From NCBI GenBank assembly GCA_945862455.1, contig CAMAXU010000005.1, forward strand, positions 1 to 60,658: a DNA stretch of 60,658 nucleotides, written 5' to 3'. Within the stretch, counting starts at the first letter, position 1. The number at the start of each line of letters is the position of its first letter. Positions 29,842 to 40,806 of the stretch are shown in pieces. The position numbers and the translations under genes were made by a program. The DNA is from Rickettsia typhi (GTDB lineage Bacteria; Pseudomonadota; Alphaproteobacteria; Rickettsiales; UBA1997). The notes under the pieces were generated by a model. The model saw only the letters and a list, made by a program, of their open reading frames with translations. It was not told where the DNA came from and searched no databases.

Positions 29842-30174
29842 TTAATATCCGCGCCAAGCTGGACCACTTCCACCACCATTATTCGTCGCTCTGGTCCACA
29901 TCGTACGAGTTTGATGATTTTCTAAATGATGCTTGGTTAAATGATGTTCGGATTGCGGCTTAATTGAAATATTTTCTTCCGAAGATTTTCCCGCTAACTT
30001 CATTGCCAATTTTTGAATATCGGTAATTGTAGTGCTTGGCAAAATAGGAGCATTATATCTTTCTTCTTCCCGCTGATGGATGGAAGAAACCGTACGCTTC
30101 GCAACCTCACTGGTTATTTCAGAGGTCGGAACTTTCATTACTGTTTTTGCTAGAGTATGAAATGATGATTTCAA
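29842..30174 (-). CDS. Hypothetical protein
   Basis: 110-codon ORF (TTG start) abutting the SH3 gene; no recognised domain. Confidence 0.5.
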   Translation of the reverse strand: MKSSFHTLAKTVMKVPTSEITSEVAKRTVSSIHQREEERYNAPILPSTTITDIQKLAMKLAGKSSEENISIKPQSEHHLTKHHLENHQTRTMWTRATNNGGGSGPAWRGY

Positions 30175-30468
30175 AATTTTATCCTAAGTATTTATAATGT
30201 GGTTTGAAGCATAGCTTCATTGGAAGCAGAAAATAAAATGAACTAACTACGAAAGTCAAGATTCTTCTACTTCAGGTTGTAAAAATATTAAAATTTAAGT
30301 CTCTTTTCTTGGGGAATTTTTTTAGAAACTAAGAACTTATGATTACGAAATTAGCGATTTAGTTTTAATGGTAAATTTTCCAACAGCGTCATCGAACTTG
30401 CTTCAGGATCTAACACAATAATGAGGCTTCTTGCAGAGCTTTTTCTATTAATATTATTACTGCGAATA

Positions 30469-31380
30469 TTACTTTTTCTTTTCTTCTTTTTTGCGCGGAT
30501 CGAGATAAATCAAAATTGGAGCTGAAATATAAATTGAAGAATAAGTTCCAATCACAATCCCAACAAAAGTTGCGGTGCTAAAACTATATAAAGCTTCGCC
30601 GCCGAATAGCATCAAAGCCAAAAGCGAAAATAAAGTTACGCCTGAAGTTAAAACTGTTCTGCTTAAAGTTGAATTAGTGCTGGAATTAATCAGATCAGCT
30701 AAATTCATCTTTTTATAACGACGTAAATTTTCGCGGATGCGATCATAAATTACCACTGAATCATTGATAGAATAACCAATAACAGTAAGGATTGCGGCGA
30801 TTGAAGTTAGGTTAAATTCTAAGCCACTCAAAGAGTAAAAACCTAAAGTTAAAACTGCGTCATGAATTAAGGCAAAAATGCCACCAATACCAAATTGCCA
30901 ATCAAATCTGATCCAAATATAAATCATGATGAAAGCAAAAGACATAATAAGTGCCAAAAAGCCCTTCCAGATTAATTCTGCGCCAACTTGTGGACCAACA
31001 TAATCAATTTTACGATATTCAACATTGGTAAAATTTTGATTTAAGATTTCCTGAATTTTTTTAACTATAACTGACTGTTCTTCATCAGCTTTGGCAACGC
31101 GGATAAGTAAATCTTTTTGATCTACATTTTGAATTTGAACATCTTTAATTTGCGAAGTGATGAGTTCGCGAACCTTTGCTACATCAACATTCTCAGCCAT
31201 TCTGGCTTCGATTAAAATACCACCGGCAAAATCAATTCCAAAATTTAATCCCTTAACGAACACCAAAGCCAACGACCCAATAATGCAAATAACCGACATT
31301 AATAATGCCAGTTTATGCACCTTCATAAAGTCAATATTGGTGCGGCTCAATGAGGAACGAAAAGATGAAATAATTTTCAA
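30469..31380 (-). CDS. secF: Protein translocase subunit SecF
   Basis: GIDFAGG, VGPQVG and GYSINDSVVIYDRIRE motifs. Confidence 0.96.
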   Translation of the reverse strand: MKIISSFRSSLSRTNIDFMKVHKLALLMSVICIIGSLALVFVKGLNFGIDFAGGILIEARMAENVDVAKVRELITSQIKDVQIQNVDQKDLLIRVAKADEEQSVIVKKIQEILNQNFTNVEYRKIDYVGPQVGAELIWKGFLALIMSFAFIMIYIWIRFDWQFGIGGIFALIHDAVLTLGFYSLSGLEFNLTSIAAILTVIGYSINDSVVIYDRIRENLRRYKKMNLADLINSSTNSTLSRTVLTSGVTLFSLLALMLFGGEALYSFSTATFVGIVIGTYSSIYISAPILIYLDPRKKEEKKK

Positions 31381-31381
31381 A

Positions 31382-31651
31382 TTATTTTGCGTTTATTTTA
31401 CGAATTGCTGAGGCGATTCTGCTCAATTTTCTTGCAGCAGTATTTAATTTATAAACTTTTTTAGTAACACCGCGCATGATTTCTGGCTCTAGTACTTTAA
31501 AGGCTTCACGAGCTTTAGGTTCGTCACCCGCTTTAACAGCATCATCAACTTTTCTAACGAAAGTTCTGATTCTGTTTCTTCTAGAGTTGTTAACTTCTTT
31601 CTTTGCTGCGCTGCCGCGAAGTGCTTTCTGAGCTGATTTGGTATTAGCCAT
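31382..31651 (-). CDS. rpsT: 30S ribosomal protein S20
   Basis: MANTKSAQK...NTAARKLSR. Confidence 0.95.
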   Translation of the reverse strand: MANTKSAQKALRGSAAKKEVNNSRRNRIRTFVRKVDDAVKAGDEPKAREAFKVLEPEIMRGVTKKVYKLNTAARKLSRIASAIRKINAK

Positions 31652-31751
31652 TTTTTTTGTTTAAGTTTAGTTTGGAAAATTTTTTTTGGGAGCGGCGTAA
31701 AATATGAACGAAATACAATTTAGCAAGAAAATATTATATACTAATTCCAAA

Positions 31752-31824
31752 GTCACCCTAAGCCTTTGTGATGGGTGATTCGAGCCTCGGGCCTGAATCA
31801 CTCATCACGCAGGCTCAGGGTGAC
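31752..31824. repeat. REP-like 73-bp hairpin
   Basis: GTCACCCTAAGCC...GGCTCAGGGTGAC. Confidence 0.85.
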
Positions 31825-31840
31825 TTATGAATTTTGTGAA

Positions 31841-33106
31841 TTAATTTATTGAGATTTTTTTAATGCCATTCATGTAACTAAGCAAAACTTCCGGAACATT
31901 AATTGATCCATCTTCATTTTGGTAATTCTCTAAAATCGCAACCAGCGTTCTGCCCACAGCCAAAGCCGATCCATTTAAAGTATGAACAAAATTATTTTTG
32001 CCGTCTTTATTTTTATATTTTATCGAACCGCGTCGCGCTTGGAAATCACCGCAATTTGAGCAGCTAGAAATTTCACGATATTTTTCTTGGCTTGGCAACC
32101 AAACTTCTAAATCATAAGTTTTTTGGGCGCAAAATCCCATGTCGCCGTTGCACAAAAGAATTTTTCTAAATGGCAATTCTAAACGACGCAAAATTTCGCA
32201 AGAAACATTGGTCATTCTTTCATGCTCAGTTTCAGATTGCTCGGGCGTTGTGATTGAAACCAATTCTACTTTTTTAAATTGATGTTGACGAATCAAACCT
32301 TTGGTATCTTTTCCAGCCGAGCCTGCTTCGCGGCGAAAGCACGGCGTGTAAGCGGTGAAGCGGATTGGCAAATCGCTTTCGACTAAAGTTTTTTTAGCAA
32401 CTAAATTTACCAAAGAAACTTCAGCAGTTGGAATTAACCAATAATCGTCGGTTGTTTTGAAAGCATCTTCGGCAAATTTTGGCAATTGACCTGAATTAAA
32501 CATGGCGTTTGATTTCACCAAATTTGGCGGCGAAACTTCAGTGTAATTATTTTCTTGCGCCACATCGAGCATAAAATTTGAAAGCGCGCGTTCCATGCGT
32601 GCCAAGCTTCCCGACAAAGTTGAAAAACGCGCGCCCGACATCAAAGCTGATTGCTCGAAATCCAACATTTTTAAATTTTCACCTAAATCATCGTGAGCCT
32701 TGGGAGTGAAAGAGAATTTTTTTGGAGTGCCAAATTTTTCAATTTCAACATTGTCATTTTCATCAAAGCCAATTGGAACTGACTTGTGCGGAATGTTTGG
32801 AAGTGTCGCTAAAATTTCATTTAATTTTTCATCAATTGAAAAATCATTTTCAGCTGCAATTAATTCAGCATTAACTTTTTTTGAATCTTCTAAAAATAAA
32901 GATGCATCGCCGCCAGCTTTTTTTATTTCAGCAATATCTTTAGCAAATTTATTTCTTTTAGACTGCAATTCTTGAATCAAAAAAGTTTTTTTTCTTTTTT
33001 CTTCATCAAATTTTAAAAGCTCTAAAGCTCTAGTTTCATTGTTTCTGGCAATCATTGCCGCATCAAATTTTTCAGGATTTTCGCGGATCCATTTTATGTC
33101 TAACAT
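31841..33106 (-). CDS. serS: Serine--tRNA ligase
   Basis: LIPTAEV, FRREAG, YREISSCSN and HTLNGS motifs. Confidence 0.98.
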   Translation of the reverse strand: MLDIKWIRENPEKFDAAMIARNNETRALELLKFDEEKRKKTFLIQELQSKRNKFAKDIAEIKKAGGDASLFLEDSKKVNAELIAAENDFSIDEKLNEILATLPNIPHKSVPIGFDENDNVEIEKFGTPKKFSFTPKAHDDLGENLKMLDFEQSALMSGARFSTLSGSLARMERALSNFMLDVAQENNYTEVSPPNLVKSNAMFNSGQLPKFAEDAFKTTDDYWLIPTAEVSLVNLVAKKTLVESDLPIRFTAYTPCFRREAGSAGKDTKGLIRQHQFKKVELVSITTPEQSETEHERMTNVSCEILRRLELPFRKILLCNGDMGFCAQKTYDLEVWLPSQEKYREISSCSNCGDFQARRGSIKYKNKDGKNNFVHTLNGSALAVGRTLVAILENYQNEDGSINVPEVLLSYMNGIKKISIN

Positions 33107-33193
33107 TTGTTTGATTGATTTAGATAAGGGGTTTTAGTAAAAAGTTTTTTCATTCTGTTTTGGCGATAAAAAAATTCAACTTGAGATATCTAA

Positions 33194-34345
33194 ATGAACC
33201 TAAACGCAATTACTCTTTCGCAAAAACTAATTCAAATTCCATCTTACAGCGGCGTGAATTTACAAGTTATTGAATTTCTCGCTGATTATTTAAAAAACTT
33301 GGGATTTTCTTGCGATTTTTTGGAATATGACGGCGACAATTCTTACAAAGTAAATAATCTGCACGCAGTTTTAAACCCCAATAATTCGAAAAAAACTTTG
33401 TATTTCGCCGGCCATACCGACGTTGTAAATGAAGGAAATAAACAATCTTGGATGCATGATCCATTCGCCGCAAAAATTATTGACGGAAAACTTTTTGGTC
33501 GCGGCGCTGCTGATATGAAATGTGCCATCGCCTGCTTTGTTTCGGCGGTTGAAGAATTTTTATCGGCAAATAAAAAACCAGATTTTGGCATCGGTTTTTT
33601 AATCACTAATGATGAAGAAAATGATGGCGTAAATGGAACTAAAAAAGTTTTGGAATGGATGAAAGAATCTAACAAAATAATTTCACATTGTTTGGTTGGC
33701 GAGCCAACAAATCCAGAAAAATTCGGTGAAATGATAAAAGTGGGAAGACGCGGATCTATTGGCTTTACAGTAAAAATTATCGGCAAGCAAGGTCACGTTG
33801 CTTATCCGGAAAATGCCATAAATCCAATCACAGTTTTGCTAAATCTTTTGAAAATTTTGAAAGATCATAAATTCGATGACGGCACAAAATTTTTCGATGC
33901 CACTAATCTTGAAATCACTTCAATAACTTCACAAAATCTCGGCGGAAATGTAATTCCAAACGAGGCTGGAGCCGCATTTAACGTGCGTTTCAACGATATA
34001 CATACTTCGCAATCAATTATTGATCTTGTTGAATATGCTTGCAAAAAAACTGTTGGCTTTGGTGCAAAATATGAATTGGTTCATAAAACTAGCGGCGAAA
34101 GTTTTTTAAGCAAACCAGCTTTACTTGCTGAAATTACAATAAATGCAGTTGAGAAAATCTGCGGTAAAAAACCAATTTTAAGCACTACAGGCGGAACTTC
34201 TGATGCCAGATTTATCAAGGATTATGCCGAAGTTGTGGAAATTGGTTTAATCAATAAAACCGCTCATCGAATTGATGAATTTTCTGAAGTTGGAGAAATC
34301 GAACAATTGCAAAAAACTTATTTGGAAATCTTAAAAAGCTTTTAA
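33194..34345 (+). CDS. dapE: Succinyl-diaminopimelate desuccinylase
   Basis: AGHTDVV, GRGAADMK, GHVAYP and GGTSDARF motifs. Confidence 0.95.
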   Translation: MNLNAITLSQKLIQIPSYSGVNLQVIEFLADYLKNLGFSCDFLEYDGDNSYKVNNLHAVLNPNNSKKTLYFAGHTDVVNEGNKQSWMHDPFAAKIIDGKLFGRGAADMKCAIACFVSAVEEFLSANKKPDFGIGFLITNDEENDGVNGTKKVLEWMKESNKIISHCLVGEPTNPEKFGEMIKVGRRGSIGFTVKIIGKQGHVAYPENAINPITVLLNLLKILKDHKFDDGTKFFDATNLEITSITSQNLGGNVIPNEAGAAFNVRFNDIHTSQSIIDLVEYACKKTVGFGAKYELVHKTSGESFLSKPALLAEITINAVEKICGKKPILSTTGGTSDARFIKDYAEVVEIGLINKTAHRIDEFSEVGEIEQLQKTYLEILKSF

Positions 34346-34351
34346 AAATTC

Positions 34352-36130
34352 ATGGTCAAAAATATTTCCGAATCTGAGATAAAACTTAATATTGCCCAAA
34401 TTTTTGTCGCAACATTAATCATTGCTGCATTAATGCTGACATGGTTTACCATTCAATTGACGCAATTGGTTAAAAACAAAATCCAGTTTGATCTTGAAAT
34501 TGAAATGGCGCGAATGGAGCGCAGTTTTAGCGATAAAATTGACCACACTTATTCAATCATAAAAAACATCAATTATCAAATTTCTGAAAATCCGCACAGC
34601 AAAAAACACATTAATGAAATTCTAAAAAGATATCGTGATAACAATAATCTAAACAACCTTTCTTGGACAATCTTTTCTTGGTCTGATGACAAATATCAAT
34701 TCACGGTTGATGCTAAATATGGCATAATTCCTAACCCCGTAAATTTCTCGGTTGAGAATCGCGATTATATTCCGCTAACCAAAAAAGAACCAAACAAATT
34801 TCATATTGGAACCCCAATAGTTGGGCTTACAAGCAAAAAATGGATGATTCCCGGCGGTGTCGGATTAAACGATAAAAATGGCAAATATTTAGGCGCGATT
34901 TCAATTGGTTTTGAAATTGAAAAAATAGCAAAATCGTTGCATCAAATCATTCAAAATCCTGAAATAAAATTTAATCTTTTTGGCAAGAATGAAATGTCGA
35001 TTTTATATGGCGATGTAAAGTCTTATGGCGTTGAACGACTTGCCAATGACAATAATTATGACATTGAATCAAACCACATTCTGGACCAAATAAATTCCTC
35101 CCAAAGCGCTGGCAACGATAAGGTTTTTGAAATGACTTTTTTAAAAAATAGTCATGCTTTTCTAGCAAAAAAAATTGCTAATTACCCATATATTCTGGTT
35201 TTAAAATATGATGGGGAAACTGTTAATAGCATTATCGGCGAATTGATTATCGATCGAGTTTTAGAAATTTTATCGATAAGTTTTGGATTAATTATTTTGC
35301 TTTTTTCAATTTATCGCGAGAAGCAACAAACTCAAAAAATTTTCGAATTAAAAAGAATGGCGGAACAAGCCAATGAAGCGAAGTCAGAATTTTTGGCACA
35401 ATCAGTTCATGAATTTAAAAATTTCGTTTTCGGAATTCAGGGCTGCGCTGAAATTATTAAAAGTGATTTGAAAAACCTGATTCATAAAATAGAAAGCGGC
35501 TCAAATTGCTATCAGGCTAACAGCCTACATGAACTTAAAATCGATTTTGAATTAAGCCTTGATATTATTGGCTCAACATATGAATTGACTGACTTTATCA
35601 ATGATTTAATTGATTTACATCAAACCGAAAGCGGTGAATTTAAAATTAATAAAAGCCCGAATCCGACTGACATTAATAATATCTTAAAACAGTCAGTAAA
35701 ACTGATGCAAAAAAGAGCAAAGAAATCGAATATTTTAATCATCACTAAAATTGAAGAAAATTTATACCAACCTTTATTTCTTGATCAACGTCGCGTAAAA
35801 CAGGTTGCAATTAACCTGATTTCAAATGCAGTTAAGTATAGTCCGCAGGAAACTGTTATAGAAATTTTTGCAAAAAACATCGATGATGAAAAAGGAATAA
35901 AACCCAAAAGAGTTGAAATCATTTTCCGTGATCATGGTTTTGGCATGACTGAAGAAGAGATAGAAATTGCTTTGCAAAAATATAAAACCGTAGAGAATGC
36001 TAATAGCGGCAAGGTTGATTCTATTGGCTTAGGGCTTCCGATCGTAAAATATCTCGTTGAAAAACAAGGTGGTGCCTTAGAAATAAAATCAGAGAAAAAT
36101 ATAGGAACGACAATTCGGGTGGTTTTTTAA
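34352..36130 (+). CDS. Orphan membrane sensor histidine kinase
   Basis: Two TMs around a Cache-like domain; AKSEFLAQSVHE H-box; NLISNAVKYS, DHGFG and GLGL boxes. Confidence 0.9.
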   Translation: MVKNISESEIKLNIAQIFVATLIIAALMLTWFTIQLTQLVKNKIQFDLEIEMARMERSFSDKIDHTYSIIKNINYQISENPHSKKHINEILKRYRDNNNLNNLSWTIFSWSDDKYQFTVDAKYGIIPNPVNFSVENRDYIPLTKKEPNKFHIGTPIVGLTSKKWMIPGGVGLNDKNGKYLGAISIGFEIEKIAKSLHQIIQNPEIKFNLFGKNEMSILYGDVKSYGVERLANDNNYDIESNHILDQINSSQSAGNDKVFEMTFLKNSHAFLAKKIANYPYILVLKYDGETVNSIIGELIIDRVLEILSISFGLIILLFSIYREKQQTQKIFELKRMAEQANEAKSEFLAQSVHEFKNFVFGIQGCAEIIKSDLKNLIHKIESGSNCYQANSLHELKIDFELSLDIIGSTYELTDFINDLIDLHQTESGEFKINKSPNPTDINNILKQSVKLMQKRAKKSNILIITKIEENLYQPLFLDQRRVKQVAINLISNAVKYSPQETVIEIFAKNIDDEKGIKPKRVEIIFRDHGFGMTEEEIEIALQKYKTVENANSGKVDSIGLGLPIVKYLVEKQGGALEIKSEKNIGTTIRVVF

Positions 36131-36153
36131 GTCACTTCAAAATAATTAAAAAT

Positions 36154-36678
36154 ATGCTAAAGCTTCATCAATTAATTCTAACTTTTTTCTATTTCGGAAA
36201 ATTTTCTAAAGCTCCAGGAACTATGGGCAGTCTTGCTGCATTGATTTTTTGGTTTTTTACCAATCGTTATTTTTATTATAGTGATATTTCTTTCGCGACG
36301 CAAAATTTATATTGGACAATTTTTCTAATTGCGATTTTTCTTTATGGCTGTTTTTTTATTCGCGCCTATACCAAACAATTTCGCCAAATTGATCATCAAA
36401 CCATTGTTTTAGATGAAGCTCTGGGGCAAATATTAGCGTTACAATTAACCTTCTTATTGCTTAGAGAAGATTATTTTTCCCAAAATTATCTAATTGCCGT
36501 TCACTTGCTTTTCTGCTTTATTTCTTTTCGCTTTTTCGACATCACCAAACCCTCAATAATCGGACTTGCTGATCGCATTAAAACTGGTTTTGGCGTAATG
36601 CTTGATGACCTGCTTTGCGGAATTATTACCGCAATTCTTGGCACTATAATTTTTTATTTTTGGAATTTTTTAACTTAA
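36154..36678 (+). CDS. pgpA: Phosphatidylglycerophosphatase A
   Basis: APGTMGS, VLDE, FRFFDITKP and GVMLDD motifs. Confidence 0.93.
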   Translation: MLKLHQLILTFFYFGKFSKAPGTMGSLAALIFWFFTNRYFYYSDISFATQNLYWTIFLIAIFLYGCFFIRAYTKQFRQIDHQTIVLDEALGQILALQLTFLLLREDYFSQNYLIAVHLLFCFISFRFFDITKPSIIGLADRIKTGFGVMLDDLLCGIITAILGTIIFYFWNFLT

Positions 36679-36793
36679 AAAAAGATGATTAACCTTTAAG
36701 CAATAATGGATGTCATACTTCGACTGGCTCAGGTGATATCGAGTTTTTTTGTTAATTTAAGACATAATTACCTAAAAGAACTTCATCCCTAAA

Positions 36794-36821
36794 TTGACAT
36801 TCTTAAAAGCCTAAATAAATT
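36794..36821 (+). promoter_or_regulatory. Candidate sigma70 promoter for nuoH
   Basis: TTGACA-N16-TAAATT. Confidence 0.35.
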
Positions 36822-36862
36822 ACCATCTTCAAACATTTTTACAAAATTCCCTTAAAGATTAT

Positions 36863-37873
36863 ATGGAACAGATTTTCCAGCAGCTTTTAACCCTGCTTTT
36901 AACTTCAATTTTACCAACTCTTGGTTACATCCTTTTGGTTGTATTGCCTTTGGTTGGCGCAGTTGCTTATTTAACTTTGATGGAAAGAAAAGTAATCGGC
37001 GCTATGCAGCTTCGCAAAGGTCCAAACGTAGTTGGGATTTTTGGTTTGCTGCAACCTCTCGCCGACGGCTTGAAGCTGATGCTAAAAGAAGTCATCATTC
37101 CTGACCAATCAAATAAAGCTCTATTTTTACTCGCTCCAATCATCACTTTCACCCTCGCTCTTATTGGTTGGGCGGTGGTTCCATTTTCTGAAACTTTTTC
37201 AGTTGCTCATATTAATGTTGGCGTTCTTTATCTTCTCGCCACTTCATCTTTAGGCGTTTACGGCATTATCATTGCAGGTTGGGCGAGCAATTCTAAATAT
37301 GCTTTTTTAGGCGCAATTCGCTCTTCGGCACAAATGATTTCTTACGAAGTTTCAATCGGCCTAATTATTATTTCAGTTGTACTTTGCGTTGGCTCTTTAA
37401 ACCTTGCAGACATTGTCTTGGCACAAAAAAATCACTGGTTTGCTTTACCAATGTTTCCAATGTTTATTTTATTTTTCATTTCAGGTTTAGCCGAAACCAA
37501 TCGTCTTCCATTTGACCTTCCAGAAGCAGAATCTGAGCTTGTCGCCGGCTATAACGTCGAATATAGTTCAATGCCATTTTCAATGTTTTTCCTTGGCGAA
37601 TATGCCAATATGATTTTGATTTCAGCCTTCGCCTCAATCCTTTTCTTGGGCGGCTGGTTACCACCTTTTGACATCGCATTTTTCAACGCAATTCCGGGTC
37701 CAATCTGGTTATGTTTAAAAATCTTCTTTTTACTTTTTTGTTTCATCTGGGTGCGCGCAACTTTGCCAAGATATCGTTACGATCAACTTATGAGATTGGG
37801 CTGGAAAGTTTTCCTACCATTTTCTTTAACTTGGGTTGTTGGAACAGCGGCCTATATTGTTTATCTCAAATAA
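36863..37873 (+). CDS. nuoH: NADH-quinone oxidoreductase subunit H
   Basis: RKGPNVVG...QPLADGLKL; [19 protein letters not shown]. Confidence 0.98.
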   Translation: MEQIFQQLLTLLLTSILPTLGYILLVVLPLVGAVAYLTLMERKVIGAMQLRKGPNVVGIFGLLQPLADGLKLMLKEVIIPDQSNKALFLLAPIITFTLALIGWAVVPFSETFSVAHINVGVLYLLATSSLGVYGIIIAGWASNSKYAFLGAIRSSAQMISYEVSIGLIIISVVLCVGSLNLADIVLAQKNHWFALPMFPMFILFFISGLAETNRLPFDLPEAESELVAGYNVEYSSMPFSMFFLGEYANMILISAFASILFLGGWLPPFDIAFFNAIPGPIWLCLKIFFLLFCFIWVRATLPRYRYDQLMRLGWKVFLPFSLTWVVGTAAYIVYLK

Positions 37874-37876
37874 TTC

Positions 37877-38362
37877 ATGAAAGTTTTAAAAAGCGCTTAT
37901 TCATTTTTACTTAAAGAAATCTTCATCGGTCATGCTTTGACTTTGAGATATTTTTTTAAGAAAAAAGTTACCCTTAATTACCCTTACGAAAAAGGTCCGC
38001 TAAGCCCAAGATTTCGCGGCGAGCATGCGCTGCGTCGCTATCCAAATGGTGAAGAACGTTGCATCGCCTGCAAACTTTGTGAAGCAATTTGCCCAGCGCA
38101 GGCAATCACAATTGAAGCCGAAGAAAGAGAAGACGGTTCACGTCGCACTACAAAATACGATATCGATATGATTAAATGCATTTATTGCGGATTATGCCAA
38201 GAAGCTTGTCCAGTTGATGCAATTGTCGAAGGTCCAAATTTTGAATTTTCCACCGAAACCCGCGAAGAACTTTATTACAACAAAGAAAAACTTCTGGCTA
38301 ATGGCGACCGCTTCGAATATCAGCTGCGCCAAAATATTGAATCCGACGCAAAACACAGATAA
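37877..38362 (+). CDS. nuoI: NADH-quinone oxidoreductase subunit I
   Basis: Two CxxCxxCxxxCP motifs. Confidence 0.98.
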   Translation: MKVLKSAYSFLLKEIFIGHALTLRYFFKKKVTLNYPYEKGPLSPRFRGEHALRRYPNGEERCIACKLCEAICPAQAITIEAEEREDGSRRTTKYDIDMIKCIYCGLCQEACPVDAIVEGPNFEFSTETREELYYNKEKLLANGDRFEYQLRQNIESDAKHR

Positions 38363-38364
38363 TT

Positions 38365-38979
38365 ATGAATTTTACGCTTGATCTTTTTTATCTATTTTCT
38401 TTCATCCTAATTGCTTCAGCCCTTGTGGTTGTAACTGCCAGAAACACAGTTCATTCTGTAATGTTTTTGGTTTTGGCATTTTTAAATGCTGCTGCATTAT
38501 TTCTTTTGCTAGGAGCAGAATTTTTAGCAATGCTGTTAATCATTGTCTATGTAGGCGCAATTGCGGTTTTATTTCTCTTTGTAGTGATGATGCTCAATGT
38601 TGATTTCAAACAGGAAACCAAAAAAATCAGCCGCCATTTACCGGTTTTAATGCTGGTTGGTGTAATAATGTTTTTTGAAATTTTCTTAATCACAAAATTT
38701 TCAGGAATCAGACTTTACGAAACTAAAATTCTCTTCCCAACTCCAACCGATATTACCAACACCAAAGCGATTGGAAATTTACTTTACACCGATTTCATTT
38801 TGCCTTTTCAATTAAGCGGCGCAATTCTATTTGTAGCAATGATTGGCGCGATTGTTCTTACATTAAAAGAAGAAACTCGCTTCATCAAAAAACAAAAAAT
38901 TTGCGATCAAGTATTTAGAACCAAAGCTAATTCTTTAGAAATTATTAAAGTAAAATCCGGCGCGGGAATTAATTTATAA
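38365..38979 (+). CDS. nuoJ: NADH-quinone oxidoreductase subunit J
   Basis: [17 protein letters not shown] motif. Confidence 0.96.
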   Translation: MNFTLDLFYLFSFILIASALVVVTARNTVHSVMFLVLAFLNAAALFLLLGAEFLAMLLIIVYVGAIAVLFLFVVMMLNVDFKQETKKISRHLPVLMLVGVIMFFEIFLITKFSGIRLYETKILFPTPTDITNTKAIGNLLYTDFILPFQLSGAILFVAMIGAIVLTLKEETRFIKKQKICDQVFRTKANSLEIIKVKSGAGINL

Positions 38980-38984
38980 AAAAT

Positions 38985-39296
38985 ATGAACGGACTAGAAT
39001 TACCACATTTCATCACATTATCAGCAATCTTGTTTTGCATTGGCGTCAGCGGCATTTTTTTGAACCGCAAAAATGTCATCGCACTTTTGATGTCAATTGA
39101 ATTAATGCTGCTTTCAATCAACATTAATTTTGTAGCATTTTCAGCTTTTTTACATGATTTGGTTGGTCAAATTTTTGCTATTTTCGTTTTAACTGTCGCC
39201 GGAGCTGAAGCCGCAATTGGCTTGGCTATTTTGGTTATTTATTTCCACAACCGCAGAAATATTGAAATTGAAAATATTTCGTCAATGAAGGGCTAA
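38985..39296 (+). CDS. nuoK: NADH-quinone oxidoreductase subunit K
   Basis: LMSIELML and [10 protein letters not shown] motifs. Confidence 0.96.
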   Translation: MNGLELPHFITLSAILFCIGVSGIFLNRKNVIALLMSIELMLLSININFVAFSAFLHDLVGQIFAIFVLTVAGAEAAIGLAILVIYFHNRRNIEIENISSMKG

Positions 39297-40681
39297 TGTT
39301 TTTCTTAAAAAAACTGACGATTACTGCGGTTTTTTTTCTTCATGCTATTTCTGCTTTTGCTCAAGAAAATAATCGCGAACAAGATTGTTATATCACTCCT
39401 GATTTCACTTTCCAAATTTTACAACAAGTTGAAAGGAAAAATCCCAATGCCATTAAAGCTTTGCCCGCCTGCTTTAAATCAGATCGTAAATTAATTTTAA
39501 AAGTCTCGTTAATTGATCCAACGCAATTTCAAAATGCTTCTGATATTTTAAAAGAAGATGAAAATTTCGTGCGTCGCTTACTAAAAGTAAGCCCAGATAT
39601 TTTAAAATACGCCTCACCAAAATTGCTTTCTGATCCTGATTTCATGGAGCGCGCCACTTATTTAAGCCGCAATGCGCTACAATATGCTGATTCAAAATTG
39701 CTCGATAATAAGCTGTTCATGAAAAAAATGATCGTGATTGATTCTAAAAATTACGCCTTTGCTTCTGATCGTTTAAAAGAAATTTCTGAATATGCTGAAA
39801 TTGCTTTTACTGACAATGGCGCACTGCTTGCTTTCGCGCCGGAAAAAATAAAATCCGACCGTAACTTGGTAGAAATTGCGATAAAATCAAATTCTTCAGC
39901 AATTGAATTCGTCTCAGAAAAACTTAAAGAAGATGATGATTTAAAAAAACAAGCCGAAGTAAAAACCTCAATAAAATCAAAAGAAGAGTTGGAAGATTTT
40001 TTGCGTAAAAATTATGTCGTAGAAAAAAAGAAAAAAAATCTGGGAACAACAATTGGCAATCAGGGGAAATTTTTTCCAAAAAATCAAATTATTGATCGTA
40101 ATTATGTTACAAAATGGCAGCGCCGGCTTGATTCAAATGATGAAAATATAACCGAAGGAATGCGCTTAATTAGCGCTGATAGTCGTAATTATCCAATTTT
40201 ATGGAAAGAAGATTTTCATAATCATCCCGATCTAATTAAGAAAATCGAAAACTTTTTTTTAAAACACCGCATCGATCAAAATACCATCAACAATCTTTCT
40301 GTTACTCATTTATGGAAAATTAAAGGCAAGCCTCTGACTTTCGCTTTTAATTTATATCTTTTGCGCGATAGCAAAGATGCTGATTTAGGTTCGGGATTTA
40401 GTGACATTACATCGCTCACCGTAATTGTTGAAAAACAAAATAAACGTTGGGAGATGACAGTTGTAGAAGTGATTTTTGATAGCGAAACTAAAGTTGATGT
40501 GAGTTACCAAAACGGTCACAAAAAATATATTGTCTGGGATCTTTACAAAAACGATAAAGACGATAAAAATCCAAAAATTATTTTTAAAGTTGAAGATCGC
40601 TTTAAAGAATATTTTGAAATTTTTGAAGAGCAGAAAGGCGGGAAATATCAAATGATTTATCGCTTTGACTTTGTTTCTTAA
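39296..40681 (+). CDS. Secreted protein with DUF4116-like repeats
   Basis: Signal peptide; ~25-aa repeats (D..F/LV..A...L.YAS.KL..D); TAATG overlap with nuoK. Confidence 0.7.
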   Translation: MFFLKKLTITAVFFLHAISAFAQENNREQDCYITPDFTFQILQQVERKNPNAIKALPACFKSDRKLILKVSLIDPTQFQNASDILKEDENFVRRLLKVSPDILKYASPKLLSDPDFMERATYLSRNALQYADSKLLDNKLFMKKMIVIDSKNYAFASDRLKEISEYAEIAFTDNGALLAFAPEKIKSDRNLVEIAIKSNSSAIEFVSEKLKEDDDLKKQAEVKTSIKSKEELEDFLRKNYVVEKKKKNLGTTIGNQGKFFPKNQIIDRNYVTKWQRRLDSNDENITEGMRLISADSRNYPILWKEDFHNHPDLIKKIENFFLKHRIDQNTINNLSVTHLWKIKGKPLTFAFNLYLLRDSKDADLGSGFSDITSLTVIVEKQNKRWEMTVVEVIFDSETKVDVSYQNGHKKYIVWDLYKNDKDDKNPKIIFKVEDRFKEYFEIFEEQKGGKYQMIYRFDFVS

Positions 40682-40806
40682 AAAAGACCAATTTATAAAA
40701 AAATCAAAACATTAATAAATATAGTTTGACAAACATTTTATTTATTTATTTTGTAACAAAAACACTTTCTTCTCTAGAAATCTCTAAAATAAAATTTGCA
40801 AAAAAT

